Assembly: GCA_965197885.1 (NCBI GenBank)
Contig: OZ240231.1
Span: 64,644 to 128,643, forward strand
Origin: Thermodesulfobacteriota bacterium
GTDB taxonomy: Bacteria > Desulfobacterota_D > UBA1144 > Nemesobacterales > Nemesobacteraceae
Direction of reading: 5' to 3'
Length of the DNA: 64,000 nucleotides
Position 1 is the first letter of the stretch. Each line of letters opens with the position of its first letter. A program made the position numbers and the translations under genes. This document shows, one piece after another, positions 21,289-30,522 of this stretch. The notes under the pieces are model-generated. The model was not told where the DNA came from and did not search any database. It saw only the letters and a program-made list of their open reading frames with translations.

Positions 21289-21838
21289 TTACCGTGTATC
21301 TCTTTTTCCTGCGTCGGTTGCCTACGCCTTTAAGCTCACCGTCCGGCAGTCCGTATCTTGAAAGGTTTAAGTGGCAGATCGCGATCGCAAGCGCGTCGGA
21401 CTCGTCCGTGCTCCGAAATTCACTGACTCCGAGCATGTAGGAGAGCATTTTCGCCATCTCTTCCTTGCCCGCCCTGCCTTTGCCGGTCAGGGCAAGCTTT
21501 ACCCTCGTTGGGGCGTACTCGCTTACCGGTATTCCTCTTTGCGCTGCCGCCAGGATTGCTATCCCTCTTGACTGGCCGAGTTTTATGGCGCTTCTCGCGT
21601 TCTTGGCGAAAAACATCTCCTCGACTGATATGATCGAGGGATTGTAATCGTCAATTATCCTCAGGATCCCGACATAGATGTCGTTAAGCCTTTCGGCAGT
21701 TGAGCTTCCGGATGCGGGAGCAATCGTTCCGCTGGTTACGTAGCTTAGCCGGCTCCCCGCGCCGTCCACGATTCCGTAGCCGCAGTATCTTGATCCCGGG
21801 TCAATTCCCATGACCCTGGTGTCGGAAATATTATCCAA
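21272..21838 (-). CDS. ruvC: Crossover junction endodeoxyribonuclease
   Basis: [25 protein letters not shown]. Confidence 0.96.
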   Translation of the reverse strand: MDNISDTRVMGIDPGSRYCGYGIVDGAGSRLSYVTSGTIAPASGSSTAERLNDIYVGILRIIDDYNPSIISVEEMFFAKNARSAIKLGQSRGIAILAAAQRGIPVSEYAPTRVKLALTGKGRAGKEEMAKMLSYMLGVSEFRSTDESDALAIAICHLNLSRYGLPDGELKGVGNRRRKKRYTVNDLST

Positions 21839-22577
21839 TTGCTTCGAGTAACTGTTCGTCTATATCGAAGTTGGCGTACACGTTCTGAACGTCGTCGCTG
21901 TCTTCAAGCGCTTCCATGAGCCTTATCATGTGCTCGGCATCCCGGCCTTCAATCCTCACGCTTGTCTGCGGTATCATGGTGACTTCGGCGGATTCGTACT
22001 GGATTCCGGCATCCGAAACCGCTCTTCTTACTGTTTCATAGTTCTCAGTCGGAGCTACCACCACGATCTCGCTGTCTTCGGTACGCACATCGTCGGCCCC
22101 CGCGTCTATAACCAGATCGAAAAGAGTATCCTCATCAACCGAGTCTGCCGGAAATGCGATTCTTCCCCTCAGATCGAACATCCACGCCACGCAGCCGTTC
22201 TCGCCTAGCCCTCCGCCGTGTTTCGTGAATATTCTTCTTATTTCGGAGACAGTCCTATTTTTGTTGTCGGTAAGAGTCTTTACGTATACGGCGCTTCCGC
22301 CGGGTCCATATCCTTCGTAAAATATTTCGTTGTAGACTACTCCCTCGATGTCACCTGCGCCCCGCTTTATCGCCCTGTCGATCGTGTCGTTAGGCATGTT
22401 GGCGCCCTTTGCGGTAGCTATCGCGGTGCGAAGACGCGGATTGGATTCCGGATCGCTTCCTCCTTCTTTTGCGGCAACCGTAAGCTCCCTGATAAGCTTG
22501 GTGAATATCTTGCCCCGCTTGGCGTCGACCGCGGCTTTTCTATGTCTTATATTTGCCCATTTGGAATGACCCGACAT
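21831..22577 (-). CDS. yebC: YebC/PmpR family protein
   Basis: [25 protein letters not shown]. Confidence 0.97.
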   Translation of the reverse strand: MSGHSKWANIRHRKAAVDAKRGKIFTKLIRELTVAAKEGGSDPESNPRLRTAIATAKGANMPNDTIDRAIKRGAGDIEGVVYNEIFYEGYGPGGSAVYVKTLTDNKNRTVSEIRRIFTKHGGGLGENGCVAWMFDLRGRIAFPADSVDEDTLFDLVIDAGADDVRTEDSEIVVVAPTENYETVRRAVSDAGIQYESAEVTMIPQTSVRIEGRDAEHMIRLMEALEDSDDVQNVYANFDIDEQLLEAIG

Positions 22578-22710
22578 CTTAGCTCACCCCCCTTGTTTTT
22601 TTGTTTTTGCATATTTTTCCTTCTCAAGTATAACTGGAAATCCCTTCAAATTGCCACAACGGTACGAAAATCACCACGGTGGACAGGGAGTGACGCAAAA
22701 GCCTGAGTCC

Positions 22711-22738
22711 TTGACATTTGTTTTGGTTCAAGTATTTT
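22711..22738 (+). promoter_or_regulatory. Candidate upstream sigma70 promoter in the yebC-rho intergenic region
   Basis: TTGACA (22711-22716), 16 bp spacer, TATTTT. Confidence 0.4.
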
Positions 22739-22871
22739 CCCTTTACAAGTAGCCGCAGAATCCGAGGCGTTAAACGTGCTTGTCAGGCAGGAGTGGGGTT
22801 CTCAAGGAAAAGCTGGGAGGAGTTTCTGCGGAACAGAAGTCCTTTTCTTCTTGCAAGTTCGGTTTTAGGTA

Positions 22872-22900
22872 TTGACAAGCCCGTTACGCAGCAATAATAT
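22872..22900 (+). promoter_or_regulatory. Sigma70-type promoter for rho
   Basis: TTGACA (22872-22877), 17 bp spacer, TAATAT (22895-22900). Confidence 0.6.
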
Positions 22901-23036
22901 TACTATATCGGTTGTACCGGTTTTTCATTTTAAACTCTTAGCACACGCGATTATCGCATTCCTGACACCCCAGAAGACCTCGATTGTTTTTTGAACCAAA
23001 AATTTAACTATGCCTTAGTTCAAGGAGTTTCATCGT

Positions 23037-24380
23037 ATGGCAAAAGTCTCTAAAGCGGAAGCTGCCGACGCTGTCCAGAAAAAAGACACTGTCCCAGAAA
23101 AAGAGGAGCAGAACAGCGCAAACGGCAAGCTGGTTTACCTGAACGATCTCAGGGCGAAAAAGCCCTCGGATCTCATAGAAATGAGCAGACTGGCAGGCAT
23201 TGAAGACACTGCCAGAATGGCAAAACAGGAACTGATATACTCCCTGCTTAAGGCGCAGAGTGAAAAACACGGCTCCATAATAGCTGAAGGAGTGCTTGAA
23301 ATCCTGACCGAAGGTTACGGTTTTCTAAGGTCCCCAAAGTACAGCTATCTGCCGAGCCCCGACGATATATACGTCTCAAAATCCCAGATAAGGTCTTTCA
23401 GCCTGAAAACCGGAGACACGATAAAAGGCCTCGTGAGGCTTCCGAGAGAGGGAGAAAAGAATCTGGCTCTTCTGAAAATAGAGCAAGCCAATTATGACTC
23501 TCCCGAGATATGCAGGCGGAGAACGCCTTTTGAAAGCCTCATTCCACTTCACCCGGATAAAAAAATCGACCTTGAATATGACAAAAACGAGTTCTGCTCA
23601 AGGGTGATGAATCTTTTCGTGCCGGTGGGAAAGGGACAAAGAGCAGTGATAGTGGCTCCTCCACGAACCGGTAAGACCATAATCATCCAGAGGATAGCCA
23701 ACGCGATAACGGAAAATCACCCCGAGGTTGAACTGTTCGTGCTGCTTATAGATGAGCGCCCGGAGGAAGTTACCGACATGCAGAGGTCGGTCAAGGGAGA
23801 AGTCATCAGTTCAACTTTTGATGAACCGGCGCAAAGGCACATACAGGTCGCTGACATGGTGATTGAGAAGGCGAGAAGGTACGTCGAGCACGGAAAAGAT
23901 GTCGTTATACTGCTAGACAGCCTCACTAGGCTCGCAAGGGCAAGCAACACCGTAAGCCCATCGAGCGGAAAAGTGCTCTCGGGAGGAATCGAGGCAAACG
24001 CCCTTCAAAGGCCCAAGAGATTTTTCGGGGCCGCGAGAAACACTGAGGAAGGCGGAAGCCTTACCATAATAGCCACCGCCCTTATAGATACCGGGAGCCG
24101 GATGGACGAAGTTATCTTCGAGGAGTTCAAGGGAACGGGAAACATGGAAGTGTACCTCGACCGCCGCCTTGCGGAGAGAAGGGTATTTCCGGCCATAGAT
24201 CTTCAGAGATCTGGAACCAGGAAGGAAGAGCTTCTTATCCCAGAATCCGAGCTTAACCGCATATGGCTTCTTCGAAAGATTCTCAATCCGATGAACACCA
24301 CCGAGTCAATGGAATTTCTGCTTGACAAGCTTCGGGGGACGAAAAGCAACGCGGAATTTCTTAACATGATGCACCAATAA
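23037..24380 (+). CDS. rho: Transcription termination factor Rho
   Basis: [49 protein letters not shown]. Confidence 0.99.
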   Translation: MAKVSKAEAADAVQKKDTVPEKEEQNSANGKLVYLNDLRAKKPSDLIEMSRLAGIEDTARMAKQELIYSLLKAQSEKHGSIIAEGVLEILTEGYGFLRSPKYSYLPSPDDIYVSKSQIRSFSLKTGDTIKGLVRLPREGEKNLALLKIEQANYDSPEICRRRTPFESLIPLHPDKKIDLEYDKNEFCSRVMNLFVPVGKGQRAVIVAPPRTGKTIIIQRIANAITENHPEVELFVLLIDERPEEVTDMQRSVKGEVISSTFDEPAQRHIQVADMVIEKARRYVEHGKDVVILLDSLTRLARASNTVSPSSGKVLSGGIEANALQRPKRFFGAARNTEEGGSLTIIATALIDTGSRMDEVIFEEFKGTGNMEVYLDRRLAERRVFPAIDLQRSGTRKEELLIPESELNRIWLLRKILNPMNTTESMEFLLDKLRGTKSNAEFLNMMHQ

Positions 24381-24493
24381 GGCGGTCTGGTGTCTGCATC
24401 TGTTCAGGGAAACTGCGATACCTCCGCGTACCTCTCCTTATCTGGATATCTTTTCCTGAAGACAATGTTTGTATTATCCGAAGTTCTTGACTT

Positions 24494-25042
24494 TTAGGAA
24501 TTTGAGAATTCTGATATAGTTTTGCCCGTAGTATCTGGTGCTACTTTAACCTGTACTTTTTTACTTTCTCTTTCTTTAACTTCAAGAACAGCGACTTTAC
24601 CCTTAGCTCCCCTTCCATCATGTTTCCTTTTGATTTCATGCTTGTTTCTTTCAAGTCCACCCATATAAGCTTCATCAGCTTCAACAGGACTATCAAATAT
24701 CCCTGTATTCTGCTCCATGGCCTCTCTTATCTTATGAGCCAGAACCCAAGCATGATGTTGTTTAATTCCTAGATCACTTGCCAGCTTACAACTCGACACA
24801 CCTTTAAGTGATGTAGAGAACAGGTAAATAGCCATCAGCCATTTGTGAAGCGGGATTTTTGAATTTTTCATAATAGAACCGCTCTTTATACTGAAGTGTT
24901 TACGGCAATCTTTACATCTATAGGGCATGGGTTTACGGTTTTTTACTTCTACCGTTCTAGTGCTTCCACAGTGAGGGCAGTATCTTCCCGTTTTTCCCCA
25001 CCGCTCATTCTCAAAAAACTTTTCTGCGGATTCTTCATCAGG
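24494..25042 (-). pseudogene. IS1595-family transposase remnant, truncated at both ends
   Basis: PDEESA, Zn ribbon CPHCGS...YRCKDCRKHFS, GVSSCKLA, VEADEAYMGG; stops before the rest of the DDE domain; 5' end cut at the IS30 IR; low GC. Confidence 0.85.
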
Positions 25043-25049
25043 GGCCCAT

Positions 25050-25072
25050 TCAACTCCGAAGTGCAACACCTT
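25050..25072 (+). repeat. IS30 left terminal inverted repeat core TCAACTCCGAAGTGCAACACCTT
   Basis: Exact reverse complement of 26311-26333. Confidence 0.9.
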
Positions 25073-25173
25073 GGTTAAGGTTTGAGTTTACGGAATCTGA
25101 GGTTTTTCTCAAACGTATTGTAAAAACATCAATGCAGAGGTGACAATCTCCGAGACAAGAACAGGAGGTTGTC

Positions 25174-26137
25174 ATGCCCGGAAGTTACAAGCAGTTGGAT
25201 TTTGCCGAGCGCCGGCAGGTCTACTTTCTCAGGAAGCAGGGACTCTCATGCCGGGGGATTGCCAGGCAACTCGGTCGCAGCCCCTCAACCATATCACGGG
25301 AGTTTCGGCGCAACAGCGGCGGCAGGGGTTACCGTTTCAGCCAGGCGCAGCGCATGGCGTGGGAGCGCAGAAGCGAGACATCGTCCGTGCCTCGCAAGAT
25401 GACCGGGCGGATGTGGGCAATAGTGGAGGGCAAGCTTTCCATGCAGTGGAGTCCCGAGCAGATATCGGGACGTCCCAGGCTCGATGAAGTGGTTTCGGTA
25501 AGCGCGGAGTGGATATACCGTCACGTGTGGGAGGACAAGCGCAATGGGGGAGATCTTTACAAGCATCTGCGGCGTCGGGGGAAGAAGCGCAACGCTCGCG
25601 GGTCTAAGTATTCGGGCAGGGGGCATATACCGGGCCGTGTCGACATAAGCGAGCGTCCGGGGGCAGCGCAGGAGAAGGGTCGTGTGGGAGACTGGGAGGC
25701 GGACACGATCGTCGGTGCTGGCCATAAGGGGGCTTTGGTGTCTGTTGTTGATCGGTCCTCGAAGTTCGCGATTCTTCAGCTTGTAGGAGGAAAAGAGTTC
25801 GGAGGAAGTGGGAGGGGTGGTGGTGAAGAGGCTTTTGCCCCACATGGAGGTTGTGCATACGATCACCTCTGACAATGGGAAGGAGTTTGCGGGTCACGGG
25901 AAGATAGCGCAGGAGCTTGGGACGGGTTTTTTCTTTGCGACTCCGTATCATTCGTGGGAGCTTGGGCTCAATGAACATACAAACGGGCTGGTTCGTCAGT
26001 ACTTTCCCAAGGCGACTGATTTCCATGAGGTTTTGGGGGAGGATGTGAGGAGGGTTGAAGAGCTGCTCAACGGGAGGCCTCGGAAGGTTTTGAATTACAG
26101 GACTCCGGCTGAGGTTTTCAATGAGGCCTCGTGCTGA
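25174..26137 (+). pseudogene. IS30 transposase split by a +1 frameshift (extra A in the A-run at 25791-25794)
   Basis: HTH IARQLGRSPSTISRE, WSPEQI, GDWEADTI in frame 1; TSDNGKEF, NEHTNGLVRQYFPK, LNGRPRK in frame 2. Confidence 0.88.
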
Positions 26138-26310
26138 GGGATTGAGATGGGATGATTGAGTGGGGGTGGTTGGGGGTTTTTGGAAGATGTGATGGCGTTT
26201 GCCTTCGGTCGGGCTACGCCCTCCCTTCGGCAAACGCCATCCGGGTTCTTGCTAAACAGGCCCGCAGGATTATACTGTGTTCCATACACGGAGAGCATCA
26301 TCTCTTGCTA

Positions 26311-26333
26311 AAGGTGTTGCACTTCGGAGTTGA
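26311..26333 (-). repeat. IS30 right terminal inverted repeat core
   Basis: AAGGTGTTGCACTTCGGAGTTGA. Confidence 0.9.
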
Positions 26334-26341
26334 TAAGGGGA

Positions 26342-29044
26342 ATGAAAACTTCAGCAAAAAGAGTTCTTATGATCGTGGTTTCAAACTTGAAACCACGGAT
26401 AAAAAGCAGAAGCGAATTAACACTTTTTATATTTACGCTGGCATTGCTTGTTTTCTTATCTGGCGCACTTCCAGTCGGTGCGCACGAGGCCGAGGGGCAT
26501 ATTGAAGGTTATGATGTAGAGGAGCATGATTACACTACTACTGCTACGGATGTTAATGTTACGAACCGGGCAAGCATGTACAATCTTCTTCTGCATCTGA
26601 GGGCACACATAGAAAATGTTTCTAACCTTACAATAGTCGCAGCGGTAAGGGAGAAGATAGCGACAGAAGGAGACGACTGGAGGCATGACACCAACTATCT
26701 ATATACTATACGGTTAACTCCCGAAGGTCAGGTGGTTCAACATCCTTACCATCCTGTGACAAGCAACGGAAATCTGTCTAGTTCATCAAGCACTGTACAG
26801 GAACTCATCAAGCTTGCAAACGAAAAGCCGGAGGGAGACTGTGTCCGATATGATCTGGACGGAACAAGCAGGTGGGCTTGCGCGGCTAAATTTAAGCTCT
26901 TGGAGGGGCCTACTGGTGCCGTCAGTGTCTGGATTGTGGGTTATCATCATGATTTCGAAGAGGTATCTTTCACCAGTAATACGTGTCCCTATTATGCTGC
27001 CAAGACCAGCGCCATCGACGTAGAGAACGCAAAGGATCTGGAAACGCTTAAGAAGTTCGTGGATGAATTTACGGAATACTTTCTTGAACTGAGAAGAGTT
27101 AAAGGCGTAGTTGCTGTACATGCACAAAGGCACTGCCAGACGGTGCTGCCCTGGAAATATGGTTCTATTTACCTGTTCAGGTGGGTTTTTCCCAGCTACC
27201 GCTCGATTTTTAACGCGAATTCGCCGGATATTGAGGGCCAGATTTTTTATTTTGAAGACGAAAACGGCTGTAATTTAGCGGATGAGATAAAGAGGGTGCT
27301 GGCGGGCCAAAAAAGACAGTGCAAGAGCTTTGGGTACCTGAGCGAGGATGACAAAAAAGAAACCTTTTTTGAATATCTCTGGGAGAATCCGGGTGTAGAG
27401 GGTGACGAAATCAACATTTATACTGAGTGTCCAAATGGCCCACGTACCTGCGCCCCGGGCAGGTCACCCAAAGTGGGCTATGTTAGGGTAATTCCAAGCA
27501 GTGGCGGAAAGAGCATGATTATCATTGGTTCTGGGTATTATCCCGAGACGCAAGGGGATGAGGATGGCGACGGGTGCGCCATTGCAGGGGCCAGGCATAA
27601 AGCCCAAGGAGCTTTACTTAATCTGTTTTTGATAATCTCCGTACTGTTTTCTGCGGTTATGGTAGGAAGCCGCTATAGGGCAAGACGAGTGACAAGAAAG
27701 AAAGGAGGGATCAGGGGAAGAGTATTTACAAGTCTTTTTGCGAGCGCATTGGCGCTGCTGTTTCTGTTTTCCTGGGGTAGCAGCGCCAATGCGCACGAGG
27801 GGGATAGCTACACTACGACTGCGGGGGAAGTTGACGAGACGGACGAGGGGGATATGAAGAATTTTGTGCTTCATGCGAGAGCTCACTGGGAAGGTATTGA
27901 AACTCCAGGTGAAAACATAGAATTCGAGTGGAGCCTGACTATGGAAGGGAGTAATTGGAATAGTGGCACCATATATCTGATGGCGGTAACCGAGGAAGGT
28001 TCAATTCTTGTTCATGGGGAGGACTCGAGCGTGCAGAATGGGACATTGATTCATTATTCAGGCGAAGGCGAGGAGCGAATGGGCAACCTTCGCCAGGAAG
28101 TGCAAGAACTTATTGATGCGGCAAATGGAGCTGAAGAAGGGGATTGCGTTCGGTATGATTCGGAAGAGGAAGAAGATGATCACGATATGAGGGTTGCCTG
28201 CGCGGTCAAGTTCAAGCATCCTGTGTGGAATGCGAACAGCGACAGCAGCCTTATTCTGATTGCGGGCTATCATGATCATGATGAGCATGATGATACGGAG
28301 ATAAGTTTTGACGGTATAGAATGTCCTTACTCTGCGGAGGTAAGGAATGAGTCACCTTTCTTCTTCCAGGGGCTAAGCGCCAACGAGGTTGTAGACAACG
28401 AAACGCTAAAGGAGTTTGTGGAGCAGTTTGCCACGCATTTTGAGGAGCAGGTGAATCTAGCCGGGAGGGATTACGCTGAATTAGCAGTTGTTCGCAATTG
28501 TTGGAGGATACTGCCTTGGAGGTATGAGCCGAGCGGGACTTACATTTTTATAATGACTGAGGACAAGCTTGTGTTTTTTAATGGGCAGGACCCTGCGCTT
28601 GAGAATGATGCTTTGAATCTGGAAGATGAGAATGGGTGCATTATCGGGGATGAGGTAGTGAGGGTAGGGCTTGGGGGAGAGAGGCAATGCAAGGACTTGG
28701 GATTTTTGCTGGAGGAGGGTTCGGAAGGCTTTATCCAGTATCTGTGGGACGATTCGTTGACGGAAGGAAACGATATTAACATCGAGACGGAATGTCCGAA
28801 GGGTCCGCGCACATGTTCTCCCGGCAGAACGCCCAAGGTGAGTTATCTTAAGCCGATAACCTTTTTGGGGCAGACTGTTATAATTGGTTCTGGGTATCAT
28901 CCTAGAGGTGGTGAAGATGATGGTGACGGGTGTGCGATTGCGGGGAGTGGTAGAAGTGGGGTCAAGGGCGCGGTGTTCAGTCTGCTTTTGGTAGTATCAG
29001 TGCTGTTTTCGGTGGTGTTATGGAGAAACCGTTCTACTAGATAG
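26342..29044 (+). CDS. Exported protein with two duplicated units, each comprising signal peptide, two Cache-like domains and a Cys-containing C-terminal TM anchor (start may be TTG 26387)
   Basis: Internal duplication (YTTTA..V, EGDCVRYD, LPW.Y, EDENGC, TECP.GPRTC.PGR.PKV.Y, IIGSGY.P, DGDGCAIAG+TM); similarity to 53355-54605 and 61924-63039. Confidence 0.8.
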   Translation: MKTSAKRVLMIVVSNLKPRIKSRSELTLFIFTLALLVFLSGALPVGAHEAEGHIEGYDVEEHDYTTTATDVNVTNRASMYNLLLHLRAHIENVSNLTIVAAVREKIATEGDDWRHDTNYLYTIRLTPEGQVVQHPYHPVTSNGNLSSSSSTVQELIKLANEKPEGDCVRYDLDGTSRWACAAKFKLLEGPTGAVSVWIVGYHHDFEEVSFTSNTCPYYAAKTSAIDVENAKDLETLKKFVDEFTEYFLELRRVKGVVAVHAQRHCQTVLPWKYGSIYLFRWVFPSYRSIFNANSPDIEGQIFYFEDENGCNLADEIKRVLAGQKRQCKSFGYLSEDDKKETFFEYLWENPGVEGDEINIYTECPNGPRTCAPGRSPKVGYVRVIPSSGGKSMIIIGSGYYPETQGDEDGDGCAIAGARHKAQGALLNLFLIISVLFSAVMVGSRYRARRVTRKKGGIRGRVFTSLFASALALLFLFSWGSSANAHEGDSYTTTAGEVDETDEGDMKNFVLHARAHWEGIETPGENIEFEWSLTMEGSNWNSGTIYLMAVTEEGSILVHGEDSSVQNGTLIHYSGEGEERMGNLRQEVQELIDAANGAEEGDCVRYDSEEEEDDHDMRVACAVKFKHPVWNANSDSSLILIAGYHDHDEHDDTEISFDGIECPYSAEVRNESPFFFQGLSANEVVDNETLKEFVEQFATHFEEQVNLAGRDYAELAVVRNCWRILPWRYEPSGTYIFIMTEDKLVFFNGQDPALENDALNLEDENGCIIGDEVVRVGLGGERQCKDLGFLLEEGSEGFIQYLWDDSLTEGNDINIETECPKGPRTCSPGRTPKVSYLKPITFLGQTVIIGSGYHPRGGEDDGDGCAIAGSGRSGVKGAVFSLLLVVSVLFSVVLWRNRSTR

Positions 29045-29191
29045 AAGAACATGATAGTTTGAACGTGACATGTGCCGAAAAAGGCCGGGTTTAGGCTGAA
29101 ATATACGTTGGGAATTCTCTAGAACCTTTTCGAAAAACTGAGAGGGGTAAAGGTCACGTTCTCGCAAAGAAGTTGATCCTTCCAGTTGAAT

Positions 29192-29674
29192 TTACCGCCC
29201 CGTATGTTTGCCCGCGCTGGTTTTTCGTTTGACTCTGCGTAATCTGGGGTCGGTAACCCTGCCCACGCTTACCGTTAAGCCGCGTTCCGATAAGCACTGC
29301 TCGGTCAGACGGAGCAACTCTTCAGTCATTTGATGCTTAAGCAGAAAGTGACGAAACTTGCAAAGGGTAGTCTCATCCGGAATTCTCTGCATCGACACTC
29401 CGGCAAAACGGCGCATGGACTCAATATCATAAAGACTTTCTTCCATGGCAGGATCAGACAACCCATACCATTGCTGCATTAGATAAATCCGCAGCATAAC
29501 CCTGGCCGGGATAGGTCGGCGTCCCTTGCGCGACTTCGGATATTTCTTTAATATCGGTTCAAGCAACTGTTTCCACGGTAAGACCTCATCCATCTTTTCG
29601 AGAAACCGCTGCTTACGGGTTACTTTTTTTTTGTTTTTGTAGGCTAAGTCAGAAAAACTGGGCTTGTTCAGCAT
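29192..29674 (-). pseudogene. IS5-family transposase remnant (N-terminal DUF772-like domain only)
   Basis: GRRP.P...MLRIY.MQQWYGLSDPAMEESLYD..SMRRFAG, IPDETTLCKFRH; diverges before the first catalytic Asp. Confidence 0.88.
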
Positions 29675-29790
29675 TCCCCCCGCTCCTCGCTTCTTTATAA
29701 GAATATACCACAATGACTTAATTGAGGTTTATTACATTGAGTTAGACCCTTAAATCATACATACTTAACCCCTAAGTCCGGTGACGAAGC

Positions 29791-30522
29791 ATGAACAAAT
29801 CTAAAGGCGGTCAGCTTGACTTAAGCGAGAAGGGAAGAGGCGATGGCGGAGAGACCGTGTCTCTTGACAGAAGGCTTTTCATGCAGTTTCTCGGCTTCGG
29901 AGGCCTTGATCCAGCACTTGAGTCCCGCTTGGCCCGAGATCTAGAAAACTCTCCTGTAGCGGCGGTTCTTTATGCGGACATGAACGATTATGGAGGCGTG
30001 GGCCTTTTGACCATGAGCGAGAGTCCCGATTCTTTCGTTAGGGAGTTCAGGCGATTTCTCGCAGGCTCCTCTTTTGCCGGACTTAAGCCGAAGCCTGAGC
30101 ACACGATGCTTGGAAGAACATATTCACTCGGTTACGAAAAAGATCTTGAAAGAACATTGGTTTCAGGTCCGACGCAGAAGGTTTTTGACCCGGAACTTGC
30201 GTGGGCCATCTGGTACCCGCTTAGAAGGGCGAAGGCTTTTGAAACTCTCGCGCCGGAGCAGCAAAGAGCTGTATTGGCGGAACACGGCAAGATAGGGTTT
30301 CAGTTCGGAGACGCTGGATACGCTAAGGACATCCGCCTTGCTAGCCATGGTCTTGACAAAAACGACAATGATTTCGTGATAGGGATTCTGGGTAAAGAAC
30401 TCTATCCGCTCTCCGCGCTAGTGGAGAGAATGAGAAAAACACAGCAGACTTCAATGTATCTTGAAAGCCTGGGACCATTTTTTGTCGGCAAAAAACTGTT
30501 TTCAACCGAACAGGCCATATGA
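29791..30522 (+). CDS. Chlorite dismutase/coproheme decarboxylase (HemQ/ChdC) family protein
   Basis: WYPLRR, proximal His in LAEHG, DIRLASHGLDKNDNDFVIG, GPFFVG. Confidence 0.85.
   Translation: MNKSKGGQLDLSEKGRGDGGETVSLDRRLFMQFLGFGGLDPALESRLARDLENSPVAAVLYADMNDYGGVGLLTMSESPDSFVREFRRFLAGSSFAGLKPKPEHTMLGRTYSLGYEKDLERTLVSGPTQKVFDPELAWAIWYPLRRAKAFETLAPEQQRAVLAEHGKIGFQFGDAGYAKDIRLASHGLDKNDNDFVIGILGKELYPLSALVERMRKTQQTSMYLESLGPFFVGKKLFSTEQAI

Larger units (their letters stand above)
25043..26340 (+). mobile_element. IS30-family insertion sequence (outer ends approximate)
   Basis: 23-bp perfect inverted repeats flanking an IS30-type transposase. Confidence 0.9.

Noticed and set aside
22775-22815. 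GTCAGG...AAGGAAAAGC resembling SRP (4.5S) RNA helix 8
   Set aside because: Lacks the GNRA-capped short stem and the AGCA of the conserved internal loop; kept only as a generic ncRNA candidate
25785-25810. Programmed frameshift in the IS30 transposase
   Set aside because: IS30 transposases are single ORFs; the shift needed is +1 at an A4 run, better explained by mutation or sequencing error
26137-26176. Four G-runs (possible G-quadruplex) after the IS30 transposase
   Set aside because: Loops are long and the whole IS is G-skewed; no independent support
26152-26505. 117-aa ORF spanning the IS30 right end
   Set aside because: Crosses the IR and hairpin and overlaps the real gene in another frame
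29115-29760. Terminal inverted repeats for the IS5 remnant
   Set aside because: The candidate ends (CTAGAACCTTTTCG... and ...GTTAGACCCTTAA) do not match each other
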